Below, piece after piece: positions 45,963 through 56,280 of a stretch of DNA of 57,369 nt (positions are counted from its first letter, which is position 1; the number at the start of each line of letters is the position of its first letter). Source of the DNA: a virus (Duplodnaviria > Caudoviricetes); the IMG/VR virus record IMGVR_UViG_3300010354_000105, positions 1 through 57,369 of that record; one strand, given 5' to 3'. The notes below the pieces were generated by a model. That model had not been told where the DNA came from. It saw only the letters and a program-made list of their open reading frames with translations, and ran no database searches. The position numbers and the translations under genes are program-made.

Positions 45963-47336
45963 TCATATGCTTAACAAGGTCATAGTTAAATTTTTCCCTG
46001 ATCCGGCTACCACATTCACCGTGATGTAATCATTGGTATTTATGTCAATTGACAAGTTGGTGATCCTAGTGGTTTGGTACCCGGCAGGCAAGGTCAAAAA
46101 ACTCAAAAAGTCATTGTTTCGATACAGACCTAGCATGATATCAACGCCAGCAACGGCTCCGTTTGTTATCTGCACTGATCGTATGGTAGACTGGGAAATG
46201 GGCACAAACACTTGAGTTCCGATCAAGGGTGCACTAAAATCATTTAGAATGTTGTAGGTTTTAATGACCCCGCCACCGCCCCCGGCGCCACCCAAATTAT
46301 TAACCTGTACTGCGCCCGATCCCAAATCGCTGATGGTAAATCCGCCGCTGTCGAAACGTATGCTAGTGACATTGTTTACAGCGTTTGATATGGTATTGCC
46401 TGAAATTCTGCTGACAGATATGCTGCCGCCTACATTACTGGCCCGCCATTTTCTAGTATTGCTGTTGAAAACAAGTGCTTGTCCTTCAGTGGGCCCAATA
46501 GACAAATCTACGTCAGCAAAATTATCAATGGTGCCCAACCCTGCAACCAAAGTGGTAAACACAATGGCTTCGACATTGGCACCTTGAACCGGAGGAGTGT
46601 TAAATGTAAGTACGTTTCCAGCAACATACCACTTGGTAGTGTCTTGGTTTACGCCATTGATGTAAACCAATGTGGTTTCAGGTATGGCTGGCTGCGCTGT
46701 GAGATTGTATGTGGTTTGAACGCCATCGACACCCGAAAATAAATCCCGTATAAAAATCGAAGTCGTATTAGTAATAAACGAAATTACTTCTACTTTGGCA
46801 TTGGCAGCAGGAGCGCCACTGAATGTGATTGTGCTGCCACTTAAGGTATAAGCAGAATTATTTTGATAGACGTTATCAACGTAAACTTGAACTTGCTGCT
46901 GATTAAGCGGAGTGCCACTTAAACTAAAAATAGATTGAGCACCAGTTCCAGTAAATTGGTCCCTAAGGAAGTAATTGTTAAGATAACCTGGCAGTGCACT
47001 ACCGCCGCCACCACCGGAAATATCAGATCCTGGCGCCCATTTTGCGCCATTCCATTTTAATACTTGCCCGGCTGCTGGTGTACCGGTTATCTGTACATCA
47101 CTTAATGCACTAAGAGTACCGCCGCCAATGGGCACACCACCGATAGTGGATCCAGCCGGAAGGTTAACAATATTACCCGAAGAACTAATAACTGCTGAAC
47201 CTAAGGTGATGGTATTGCCAGTTAAAACCAGATTTCTAAGTACAGGAACCCAGCGTTTACCGTCAAATCGGTAACTTGCATTACCTTGATTATAAGTTTG
47301 TCCTGTGGTGGGATTCCCTGGAAATGAGATTGGCAT
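45963..47336 (-). CDS. Fibre/baseplate-associated virion protein (457 aa)
   Basis: N-terminal FPGNP..G..Y...YRFDGKRW; two LS.L.DV.....P..GQ.L.(W/F)N...W motifs; two F.G.G.Q..(F/Y).L...P......VY(V/I).(N/G)V.Q repeats. Confidence 0.7.
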   Translation of the reverse strand: MPISFPGNPTTGQTYNQGNASYRFDGKRWVPVLRNLVLTGNTITLGSAVISSSGNIVNLPAGSTIGGVPIGGGTLSALSDVQITGTPAAGQVLKWNGAKWAPGSDISGGGGGSALPGYLNNYFLRDQFTGTGAQSIFSLSGTPLNQQQVQVYVDNVYQNNSAYTLSGSTITFSGAPAANAKVEVISFITNTTSIFIRDLFSGVDGVQTTYNLTAQPAIPETTLVYINGVNQDTTKWYVAGNVLTFNTPPVQGANVEAIVFTTLVAGLGTIDNFADVDLSIGPTEGQALVFNSNTRKWRASNVGGSISVSRISGNTISNAVNNVTSIRFDSGGFTISDLGSGAVQVNNLGGAGGGGGVIKTYNILNDFSAPLIGTQVFVPISQSTIRSVQITNGAVAGVDIMLGLYRNNDFLSFLTLPAGYQTTRITNLSIDINTNDYITVNVVAGSGKNLTMTLLSI

Positions 47337-47342
47337 AATTCG

Positions 47343-47350
47343 TATTTATA
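47343..47350 (-). promoter_or_regulatory. T4 late promoter consensus TATAAATA, 6 nt before the ATG
   Basis: Plus strand reads tatttata; no RBS before ATG 47336. Confidence 0.8.
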
Positions 47351-47359
47351 TTTGAAATA

Positions 47360-50300
47360 TTAGGTGAAATTCAAGGTTCCTGATGAAAGAAATGTATGAT
47401 AAACGTATCCACCATTTAATGTTATAACTCCTCCAGATGCTTTTGCTGTAGCACTAACATATCTGGCTATTACTATTCCAGATCCCCCGTTGTATCCGCG
47501 TACATTGTTGGCACCACCGCCACCACTACCTGTATTAGCAGTAGCATCGGGCCCACCTCCTCCTGTGGCTCCACCACCACCGCCTAATCCAGGTCCACTA
47601 GGCGGCTCATTATCTCTACCACCGCCACCTCCACCTGCATATTGACCACCTACCCCAGTAGAGGTTGCAGACGCCCAGGTACTAAATAGAGATGTGGCTG
47701 CTCCACCGTTTCCTCCTTTTGTTTCTCCGTCGCCGTTTTGACCAACACCGGCCGCTCCGCCGCCACCGCCCCCGGTAAAGCCTCCAAATTGATTTATATT
47801 GCCGCCCCCGTTATTACCATATCCAGTGAATCCAGCAGGAACAAAACTAGATTGTGTGGCAAGGCCACCGCCAGATGCTCCGCCACCGCCGCCAGACCCA
47901 CCGTTGCCCCCAGGTGCTTCTCTACCGCCATATCCGCCACCTTTGGCAGTTAACGTACTAAAAGATCCACTGGACACATTTGAGTCGAAACCTGTAGACC
48001 CACTTACCTGTCCTGCACCACCGCCACCACCTGCACCAACTATAATTGTGAATAGAGCCCCAGTACTCATGCTAAATGAGCCAGTCAATACACCTCCGGC
48101 ACCACCACCACCACCATTACCAAAGCCGCCGTAGCCACCACCCCCACCGCCTCCGGCTATAACAAGCCACTCAAGTGTAATAGGTCCCGAAGTGATTGGA
48201 TAAGTTTGTCCTAAACCATACAGTATTCTAACTGCACCACCTCCACCAACTCCGTAAGTTGGACTGCCAGTATTAAACGATTTTGCACCTGCTCCGCCTC
48301 CGTACAATCCACCTCCCCCGCCTGTGCCGTCAAATCCACCGCCCCCACCGTTTGTGCCGTCGCTACCGGCCGTTCCATAAGTATTAGTGAACCTAGGATC
48401 CCCAGTGGTACCTCCTGACCCGCTAACTCCTTGGCCAAAAATACCCACACCGCCACCGCCACCTCCACCGATGTACTTGTTGCCTGCTCCGCCCCCGCCT
48501 GAACCTCCCGATCCTGCGGAACCATTGAAACTGGTAGTACCTCCATTACCACCTGCACCTCCTGTCCCTGCATAGCCACCTGCACCACCCCCGCCACCGA
48601 CATCATAAAAACTCTCAGTACTTAGCCCACCAGCGCCTCCATTACCACCGCCATCGCCCACAAAGGTACCACCAGTTCTACCATTCCCGCCACGTCCAGC
48701 CACTGTACTTGTGTTTACAAAATAACTTATTCCTCCCGGGGTGTCGACTCCTCCTCCTGCACCCACGACCACTGTATATTGTTGACCTGGAACAACAGTG
48801 ATATTGTTTTTCCAGCCCAACCCACCGCCACCTCCACCGTGACCGCCTGCAAAATGCGTAGTAGTTTGCCCACCTCCACCGCCTATGGCCACTGCACTAA
48901 CAGTTGTAACGCCCACCGGAGCTGTCCAAGTGTAAGTACCCGGCACAGTAAACTCATTCTGTGGCGTAGCAATAATATTAATAGTTCTATCTGTATATCG
49001 TCCAACTAAATCGGTTGCCCGCAAAATAAAGGTTTTAGAACTATCATTTGGAATTAAATTTCCAGAAATAGTTTTAGTTGTATTACTCACAGTTAAACCA
49101 GATATATTACCATTACTAACAATGCTATACCAAATATTTGCACTTAACCCATATGCCACTAAGTTAGCAGTAAAAGTACCACCTGTATTTGTTATAGAAA
49201 CATTAGGACTAAACCATACAGGTGCTAGATTAGGGACTAAAAAATTATTAAATGGATCAAACGGAAGACTTTGAATCTGGTCTGTCATCCAAATAGTATA
49301 CGAATTACTGGTTTTTCGAGCGCCCACCGAATCGGTGGCTCTGACTCTAAATGAATATACATTTATGTTAGCGTTGCTGGGTGTGATTCCTGAAATAACC
49401 CCAACGGTGTTCCCGTTAATATTTCCTGATGTTATTGTTATTCCTGGTGGCAAACTTCCTGAATATACACTGTAGGTAATATTACCTGTTCCTCCACCAA
49501 TGTAAACATAGTTAGTATAATTATTACCTATAGTCCCTATAGATGTACCTCCTGTGTTAGACATGGTCATCGGTGTTACGTTCTCGGTGTTAATTTGCGG
49601 AAAAGATCTATTAAACCCCCAAATTACTCTAACAGCCCCGCCACTGCCACTGCCTGCTCTAGACCCTGCCGTAGGCGCACTACCACCACCGGCTCCACCG
49701 CCACCGGCTCCGTATGATCCGCCGGCACCTCCATCTTTTGTGCCTCCGTTGCCACCATTGGTACCGCTAGAACCTCCGGTGCCACCGTTAAAAAAGTCTT
49801 GTCCATTTCCGCCACCGGCACCGTCGGCACCTTTGCCGTAAATTCCTACGCCACCGCCACCACCACCGCCTACGTTAACCGAGGTACCCGATCCACCACC
49901 ACCGCCACCGCTGTTGAGTGTAGCAGCACCACCACCACTGTTAAATCCGCCACCACCTCCACCTTTGCCCGAGTACCCCCCAGCCCCGCCGCCACCGCCT
50001 TGCTTGAAAGCAAACTGCGTCGCAGTGGCAGTATCGCCTGCGTCCCCGCCATCACCACCTCCATATGTACCGTACGCATTACTTGCGAAGTAGGCGCCCC
50101 CACGGCCACCTGTTTTCATTGGAATATTAAGAGTAGAGGGGAAAAGAGTGTAACCCGACCCATCAGGAGCAGTTCCCCCATATCCAACTAGAATACTAGT
50201 ATTCCCAAAGTAACTAAGACTACCACTGGTTCCTTGGTACTGCCCGAGTGCATTAAATCCCCCGGCCCCTCCAGCACCAACTACCACAGTGAAAGTATCA

Positions 50301-52525
50301 TCCGGGTATGCTGTAAGGCCGTTAATCCATGCAAGTCCACCGCCACCGCCACCACTGGAACCACCACCGCCGCCGGCCACAACACCACCGCCGCCACCAC
50401 CTACTGCGACTACGCTAATGTTAGGGAAAAAACTGTTGTAAGAAAATGTATAGGTACCCGGGATTGTGTACTCAATTTGCCCAGGGTCTGGATCCATTGC
50501 TTGTAGCGTGAAGGTATTCGAAATTTGGCCAGAACCTTGTGTTATATAAACCGAATAATTTCCAGGTGGTTTTGATGGTGCAAAAAACCGGATCAAAGTT
50601 GAGCTTTGGTAGTATGTGGTTACTGGATATCCGTCAAAATTAATAACGGCAGATCTTGAAAAATCGTTGCCTTTTAATTGTACTAGTCCACCATCGACAT
50701 CAAAATACTTAAATGTTGCTGCCGAAATGACCGGTATGTACACCATACCAACAGTAAAACTTTTAATGGTTGTTTGGAATTCGGAGTCAACGGCTGTAAT
50801 ATTAAAACTATAGGTTAAATTACCAGTGACGCTAGTAAATCCGCCTAATATTCCTGTGTTGGCATTTAATGTGATACCAACAGGTAAATTAATGTTACTA
50901 GACAAGTAATAAAGTATAGACGAGTCTGATGTAGCAGCACTGACAACAAAAATGTTTGTACTGTATTCAGAGTTTGAATCAATGTTAGGCAAGGAACTTG
51001 CAGGACCCCAGACTGGAACACTACTGAATTTCATTAGAACATTTGAACTAATAGTAGAATCAGAATTTCTTACATAAACATTATAGTTTCCTACAGATTT
51101 CGCTGGTGTTGTAAATGTTAATTGATTCGACGCGACCCTGGTACTCGAAATTATAACGTTGTCAAGGTATAAAGTAACGCCTGGTTTAAAACCAGTGCCA
51201 TTGACTGTGACTACTTGACCACCGCCGACGTTGGCAGCAAAAGTATTGTTAGGGAATACGAAACCGGTGATCACCGGAGCCGAATATAGATTAACAGTAA
51301 ATGTTCTAGTGGCGTTTTGTCCGAATGCCCCAGTGGCCAAGACAGTAAGTGTATAAGTAGAGAGTGAGGAGACATTTGCTTGTCCACTTATAGCAGTGCC
51401 AGTGATTAATCCGTTAGAATTTAAACTGATGCCTGTTGGTAAATTTCCTGTAGCAATCGAATATGTTATCGACGCATCAGTGCTAGCACTCAAACTAAAG
51501 TTAAACGGATATAATTCGGTAAGTGTACCAATTAAACCGGCTGGCGTTGTCCATGTGAGAGGTGGTCTAAAGGTTAAAAAGTTTCTTCTAAAAGCGTATG
51601 TGCCATTGGTATTGTTAATCCTAACGTCATACGTTCCAGCAGTTGTTGCCACCGTGGTAAATGATATTGTTGTACTACTGGAAAATGTAAAGGCTCTTGC
51701 AGCAGCATTACCTACAATTATATTTCCACCAGACAAAAACGGTCCGCCCACAAACGTAACAGTATCTCCGCCGGTGATGACTGCGGAAAGATTACCTTGA
51801 CTCGGTGTGCTATACAATAGATCGGTTAATCTTACACCACCGGCCAAAGTCACAAAGAAGTCTCGGTAAATTTTATTTAAATTGTTATCAAAGACCGAAA
51901 CATTAAAGTTATAATTACCCACCGAGGTAACAGGAGTGCTCCCTGTGATACTCCCATTGGAATTTAGTGTGATGCCGGAAGGCAAGGACCCTGATTCTAA
52001 GGTAAAAGTAAGAGCGCCGTCGCCAATGGCAGATATCTGCTCGTATACAGAATTGTCCGGTATAATCAGGTTACCAAAAAAACCAGAAGGACTGTAAAAT
52101 TTAATCAGTGGTATGTAATTTATCCCAAACGGTAAAAAACTAGTGGCACCGTTTTGGTTATCAACAAAGACATGATAAAACCCTCGTGGGTTAGGTGGGG
52201 CCAGGAATGTTAGGAAATATTGATTTGTAACTAAAACATTGCTAGCCATGGTTTTATTAACAACAACTTGTGAATTATTTGTAAAGCCCGATCCAGCCAA
52301 TGTTATCGTTTGCCCTCCATCAACATCAGCGAATGTGTTTAGTCCGTCATAATATAAATTAGTAACCTTTACACCGGCGGCAAATTTGCTTGCAAATTCC
52401 GGTTCTAGTTTCGCTAGGGTTATGGCACCTGTGGCTATTTTAGAAGATACTACAGCACCAGAAGAGATCACATTTCCGGTAATAGCAGAATTAGCCAAGG
52501 AATTAGTAACTAGTTTATCAGACAT
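47360..52525 (-). CDS. Large adhesin-like protein (1721 aa): alternating IPT/TIG and He_PIG-like Ig domains plus three Gly-rich modules
   Basis: Repeated GG..(I/V)T..G.(G/P)F..G...(V/I)...........L.F..P....G.Y.V.V.N (IPT/TIG) and G.LP.GI.L...G.I.G (He_PIG) motifs. Confidence 0.78.
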   Translation of the reverse strand: MSDKLVTNSLANSAITGNVISSGAVVSSKIATGAITLAKLEPEFASKFAAGVKVTNLYYDGLNTFADVDGGQTITLAGSGFTNNSQVVVNKTMASNVLVTNQYFLTFLAPPNPRGFYHVFVDNQNGATSFLPFGINYIPLIKFYSPSGFFGNLIIPDNSVYEQISAIGDGALTFTLESGSLPSGITLNSNGSITGSTPVTSVGNYNFNVSVFDNNLNKIYRDFFVTLAGGVRLTDLLYSTPSQGNLSAVITGGDTVTFVGGPFLSGGNIIVGNAAARAFTFSSSTTISFTTVATTAGTYDVRINNTNGTYAFRRNFLTFRPPLTWTTPAGLIGTLTELYPFNFSLSASTDASITYSIATGNLPTGISLNSNGLITGTAISGQANVSSLSTYTLTVLATGAFGQNATRTFTVNLYSAPVITGFVFPNNTFAANVGGGQVVTVNGTGFKPGVTLYLDNVIISSTRVASNQLTFTTPAKSVGNYNVYVRNSDSTISSNVLMKFSSVPVWGPASSLPNIDSNSEYSTNIFVVSAATSDSSILYYLSSNINLPVGITLNANTGILGGFTSVTGNLTYSFNITAVDSEFQTTIKSFTVGMVYIPVISAATFKYFDVDGGLVQLKGNDFSRSAVINFDGYPVTTYYQSSTLIRFFAPSKPPGNYSVYITQGSGQISNTFTLQAMDPDPGQIEYTIPGTYTFSYNSFFPNISVVAVGGGGGGVVAGGGGGSSGGGGGGLAWINGLTAYPDDTFTVVVGAGGAGGFNALGQYQGTSGSLSYFGNTSILVGYGGTAPDGSGYTLFPSTLNIPMKTGGRGGAYFASNAYGTYGGGDGGDAGDTATATQFAFKQGGGGGAGGYSGKGGGGGGFNSGGGAATLNSGGGGGGSGTSVNVGGGGGGGVGIYGKGADGAGGGNGQDFFNGGTGGSSGTNGGNGGTKDGGAGGSYGAGGGGAGGGSAPTAGSRAGSGSGGAVRVIWGFNRSFPQINTENVTPMTMSNTGGTSIGTIGNNYTNYVYIGGGTGNITYSVYSGSLPPGITITSGNINGNTVGVISGITPSNANINVYSFRVRATDSVGARKTSNSYTIWMTDQIQSLPFDPFNNFLVPNLAPVWFSPNVSITNTGGTFTANLVAYGLSANIWYSIVSNGNISGLTVSNTTKTISGNLIPNDSSKTFILRATDLVGRYTDRTINIIATPQNEFTVPGTYTWTAPVGVTTVSAVAIGGGGGQTTTHFAGGHGGGGGGLGWKNNITVVPGQQYTVVVGAGGGVDTPGGISYFVNTSTVAGRGGNGRTGGTFVGDGGGNGGAGGLSTESFYDVGGGGGAGGYAGTGGAGGNGGTTSFNGSAGSGGSGGGGAGNKYIGGGGGGGVGIFGQGVSGSGGTTGDPRFTNTYGTAGSDGTNGGGGGFDGTGGGGGLYGGGAGAKSFNTGSPTYGVGGGGAVRILYGLGQTYPITSGPITLEWLVIAGGGGGGGYGGFGNGGGGGAGGVLTGSFSMSTGALFTIIVGAGGGGGAGQVSGSTGFDSNVSSGSFSTLTAKGGGYGGREAPGGNGGSGGGGGASGGGLATQSSFVPAGFTGYGNNGGGNINQFGGFTGGGGGGAAGVGQNGDGETKGGNGGAATSLFSTWASATSTGVGGQYAGGGGGGRDNEPPSGPGLGGGGGATGGGGPDATANTGSGGGGANNVRGYNGGSGIVIARYVSATAKASGGVITLNGGYVYHTFLSSGTLNFT

Positions 52526-52532
52526 TTTATAT

Positions 52533-55265
52533 TTACAAGTTTCCAGTAAGACTTAAAATTCCTGAAGTTGTAAAGGTATGATATGTAAAACCTTGAACTA
52601 CTTGAACACTTCCGCCACTATACAAAGGAGTACCCTGATATCTAAAAATTATAACACCAGATCCTCCAGATCCCCCTACTCTAGCTCCGCCGCCACCGGC
52701 TCCTCGATTAACTGCACCGGCGGTACCATTTGCACCACCAACGTTACTTCCGCCTATACCAGATCCTCCTGTGCCATTTGGTCCTCCTCCTCCACCAGCA
52801 GCGTAGAATAAGCTAGTACCAGACAATGAATTTTCTAATCCAGCACCTCCAGCACCACCTTGACTGGCGCTTGGTACACCACCTGCCGAACCGGCACCGC
52901 CACCGCCACCACCGGCACCCTGCCCATCTTGTGCCCAGTTTGACGCTCCGTTGTTACCTTGTCCTACTGTGCCAAGTCCACCACTTGTTCCTTGACTACT
53001 TCCTGCACCACCTCCGCCACCACCCGAACCGCCATTTCTACCACCAGACTGCCCACTTAAAAAAGCGTAACTTCCCCCTCCCCCTCCACCAACAGAAATT
53101 ATTGATACTCCTGTTCCAATTACAGAACTATTTCCCCCGTTAGATCCTTGAGTAGGTGTTCCTGATGGTACAGCGCCGGAGCCGCCGCCACCAACTGTGA
53201 TAGTGTAAGTTGTACCTATAAAGGTAATATTATCTCCAGTAAGTAGACCTCCTGCACCCCCACCTCCACCTATTGAGCCACTACCACCATCCATACCGCC
53301 CCCGCCCCCACCTCCTGCAACAACAAGATAAGAAACATTTATACCAACGACTTGTAGTGTAAATGTTCTTGTAGTTTCTACCCCAAATATATTAACTGCC
53401 CTGATAGTAAGTGAGAAAGATCCTACAGAAAATGTTCTGCCTGAAATAGTGCCATTGCTTCCATTAAAAGATAAACCACTCGGTAAGTTTCCTGATAAAG
53501 GTTGATAATAAACATATACTTGACTTTGGGCTATCAACGTAATAGAATAGTTGGCACTAATCGTAGCGTCCGGTAAAGATGTTGCAGTTATCCATGTAAC
53601 AGATGTGCCTGCAACAATCGAATTAGATATTACAAATATGTTTGACGTTTTATATTCGTATAGAGAAACACCGCCAGTCTGGCTGACTAAATTGCCGCCT
53701 GTGAAAAATCCAAAAGAGGGGTACAATTTTAGATAAACAATGCCCGAACCGCCCGCACCAGATCTACTTTCTAAGGCAACACTGCCATGCTTATATCCCC
53801 CACCACCACTACCGGTATTAGGTAAAGCATCGCCACCTGAACCAGTTAAATAATAAGCAACGTTATTGAACCCACCAGAACCTGCACCTGCTCCTCCGCC
53901 TGCACCGCCGAACTGTCCACCACCTCCACCTCCACCACCTGCATAGGCTACATTTGCACCAGTAAATGTAGAATATACAGGAGGACCGCCGGCTCCTCCT
54001 GTAGGCTTAAAGGCACCCGAAATTACAGAAAACCCCGGACCACCAGCGCCACCACCACCGCCACCTGCTTTTTCATCAGGAAGTTTAAAAACATTGGTGT
54101 CAAAATCGTTACCAGTTTTCGTTGTGTTGTAACCAGCATTTCCGCCTGCGTATCCCTCAGGGGGCGTATAACCACCTAAGTTACCTGCACCACCTGAACC
54201 AATAAAGATTGTGCCGCTTGCCACAGCAAATGCGCCACCACCCCCTGATCCACCAGCAAATGCTGAGTTGTAACTTATACCACCACCGGCACCCCCGCCG
54301 CTGCCGCCGGTGCTTTGTGAAACTAAGTTACCGCTTGCTCTTACAATTGAATTACCACCTGCACCGCCTCTTGTGATGCCGTAAAAGAAATCATATTGTC
54401 CAGTTTGAGTATTGTAAGCATCCTGGAATGTGCTGGTGCCACCAGCACCAACAACCACACTGATGTTACCTGAGCTACTTATTTGAGCGTTACTTACTAT
54501 TCTGAAGCCACCTGCTCCACCACCACCATGAGCACCTCCAGCACCTCCCGCCACAGTCATAATATCCACGTTGGCCACAAATGAACCAGCAGATAAATTT
54601 AATGTAAAATAGCGGGTATTTTCTATTCCAGTAGTGGTTTTCGTTGTTACACCGATAAAATAACTGCCCGCAGATGCGATTGGATATCCTGAAATTACAC
54701 CCGAAGGCGTTATACTCAATCCAGGAGGAAGGGAGGCTGCGGAACTATAAGTTAAGGTTTCCAAACTAGATGCTACAACTGAGGTACTGTAAAAACTGTA
54801 TTGGGTCGCAGCAGGTATGCTCACAGTTTGCCAAGTCGGAGGGCTCACAAATTGTAATCCAATGGGCTTGACCACTGAGCCGCCGTCGGGATTGTAGATC
54901 CAGACGTGATACTTATCCGGTGCTAGACTAGGAACAACAAAATCTATGGTATTTGAATTTCTATAGGTTATATTGGCTTGAGCAACTTCATAATTGTCTA
55001 AAAAAATTCTAACGCCAGATTGAAAACCAGCACCATTAATGGTAACTGTTTCTACCGAGTTTAAATCAGTATAACCTACACCCGATGGTCCGGATACGTT
55101 TGCAAATCTAAGTGCGCTAACTGAGTTCAATGCTCCTTGAGTGAACTTATCTTCTGTGATAGTACCATCAGGAATTTTAGATGTAGTCACACTGCCATTG
55201 GCCAATGTTTCAGTTATCACTGCGTTATCTTCGATGGCTCTGGTTATGATTTGATCTATTGGCAT
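52533..55265 (-). CDS. Adhesin-like protein (910 aa): IPT/TIG, He_PIG and two Gly-rich modules
   Basis: Same N-terminal ...I...KI..G.IT..K(L/F) leader and domain types as both neighbours. Confidence 0.78.
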   Translation of the reverse strand: MPIDQIITRAIEDNAVITETLANGSVTTSKIPDGTITEDKFTQGALNSVSALRFANVSGPSGVGYTDLNSVETVTINGAGFQSGVRIFLDNYEVAQANITYRNSNTIDFVVPSLAPDKYHVWIYNPDGGSVVKPIGLQFVSPPTWQTVSIPAATQYSFYSTSVVASSLETLTYSSAASLPPGLSITPSGVISGYPIASAGSYFIGVTTKTTTGIENTRYFTLNLSAGSFVANVDIMTVAGGAGGAHGGGGAGGFRIVSNAQISSSGNISVVVGAGGTSTFQDAYNTQTGQYDFFYGITRGGAGGNSIVRASGNLVSQSTGGSGGGAGGGISYNSAFAGGSGGGGAFAVASGTIFIGSGGAGNLGGYTPPEGYAGGNAGYNTTKTGNDFDTNVFKLPDEKAGGGGGGAGGPGFSVISGAFKPTGGAGGPPVYSTFTGANVAYAGGGGGGGGQFGGAGGGAGAGSGGFNNVAYYLTGSGGDALPNTGSGGGGYKHGSVALESRSGAGGSGIVYLKLYPSFGFFTGGNLVSQTGGVSLYEYKTSNIFVISNSIVAGTSVTWITATSLPDATISANYSITLIAQSQVYVYYQPLSGNLPSGLSFNGSNGTISGRTFSVGSFSLTIRAVNIFGVETTRTFTLQVVGINVSYLVVAGGGGGGGMDGGSGSIGGGGGAGGLLTGDNITFIGTTYTITVGGGGSGAVPSGTPTQGSNGGNSSVIGTGVSIISVGGGGGGSYAFLSGQSGGRNGGSGGGGGGAGSSQGTSGGLGTVGQGNNGASNWAQDGQGAGGGGGGAGSAGGVPSASQGGAGGAGLENSLSGTSLFYAAGGGGGPNGTGGSGIGGSNVGGANGTAGAVNRGAGGGGARVGGSGGSGVIIFRYQGTPLYSGGSVQVVQGFTYHTFTTSGILSLTGNL

Positions 55266-55268
55266 TGT

Positions 55269-56231
55269 CTAAGAGGGTAAAACACTATATCTAAAAAAAT
55301 TGGCGATGGTACCAAATGTTGCGTTGGGATTAGTCACTGTTAGTGCGAAGGTTCCTGCACTGCCCGACGATGTGGTAAAAGTCAAAAAGGTCGAATTAGA
55401 CACTGTGGTAACAATTGGCGTTTGATTACCTATTCTCACAGTGGCGCCAGTTGCGAATTCTGTTCCCCTCAGTATAATTATTTCGCCGCCGAGGGTACTA
55501 GCAGCGTCTTGATTGTTAGGATATGTGATGCCGGTGATCCCAACAGTACCTTGCACTGCTAAAATATATGATCGACTAGCAATTTGTCCTTCAATATCAG
55601 TGGCTTTTATATTAAAATAATATGGCGACGATGGTACTGCCGTGGTAGGTATAGTGCCCGACAAGTTCCCTGATGTTGATAAAGATAGCCCCGGCGGTAA
55701 TGTCCCAGAATCTAGTGTGTACGAAACTGCACTATCACTGACAGCTACGAAATTATACGTGAGAAAATTTTGACTATTCACTGTTCCTAATAGACCAGCG
55801 GCAGGACTGGTCCAAGTCGGTGCTGTGCTAACAATGATAGCGTTTGGTTTAAAGGCTGCTGCACCGTCAGCGTTTTTAACATATACCCAATATGTACCCG
55901 GAGATATTGACGGTACTCTAAATTGTAACTCAGTGCTGTTGATGTAATAAGTCAAACATTGATAATTTGCTACAAATACCACTGCTCCATTGATAAAACC
56001 AGATCCAGTTAAGTTAACAAATTCATTGGTAGTGCCTGCCACAGAAAGACCAGTTAAATATGCTACACCAGTTATTTTAACACCAACACTTTGAGCAATT
56101 AAACTAGAGCTCAAATTGGTTAAAGTAATTGTATTTGCAGCAATTTTCGAGGCAACAATGGCATCATTGGCAATCTTAGTGCTTGTAACAATGCTATTTC
56201 CTAGTGCCTGTGTAATGATTCTATCCGACAT
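55269..56231 (-). CDS. IPT/TIG-He_PIG-IPT/TIG protein (320 aa), short paralog of the 1721-aa N-terminus
   Basis: MSDRIITQALGNS matches MSDKLVTNSLANS; same domain order. Confidence 0.75.
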   Translation of the reverse strand: MSDRIITQALGNSIVTSTKIANDAIVASKIAANTITLTNLSSSLIAQSVGVKITGVAYLTGLSVAGTTNEFVNLTGSGFINGAVVFVANYQCLTYYINSTELQFRVPSISPGTYWVYVKNADGAAAFKPNAIIVSTAPTWTSPAAGLLGTVNSQNFLTYNFVAVSDSAVSYTLDSGTLPPGLSLSTSGNLSGTIPTTAVPSSPYYFNIKATDIEGQIASRSYILAVQGTVGITGITYPNNQDAASTLGGEIIILRGTEFATGATVRIGNQTPIVTTVSNSTFLTFTTSSGSAGTFALTVTNPNATFGTIANFFRYSVLPS

Positions 56232-56280
56232 GTTCGTCCTTGTCGAACGTAATTAAATCAAATTGAAAAAATGCATGATA

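Noticed and set aside
14046-55265. Diversity-generating retroelement (template and variable repeats) among the similar Gly-rich modules
   Set aside because: There is no reverse transcriptase in the window. Differences between the copies I compared are not adenine-specific and include many synonymous changes and indels.
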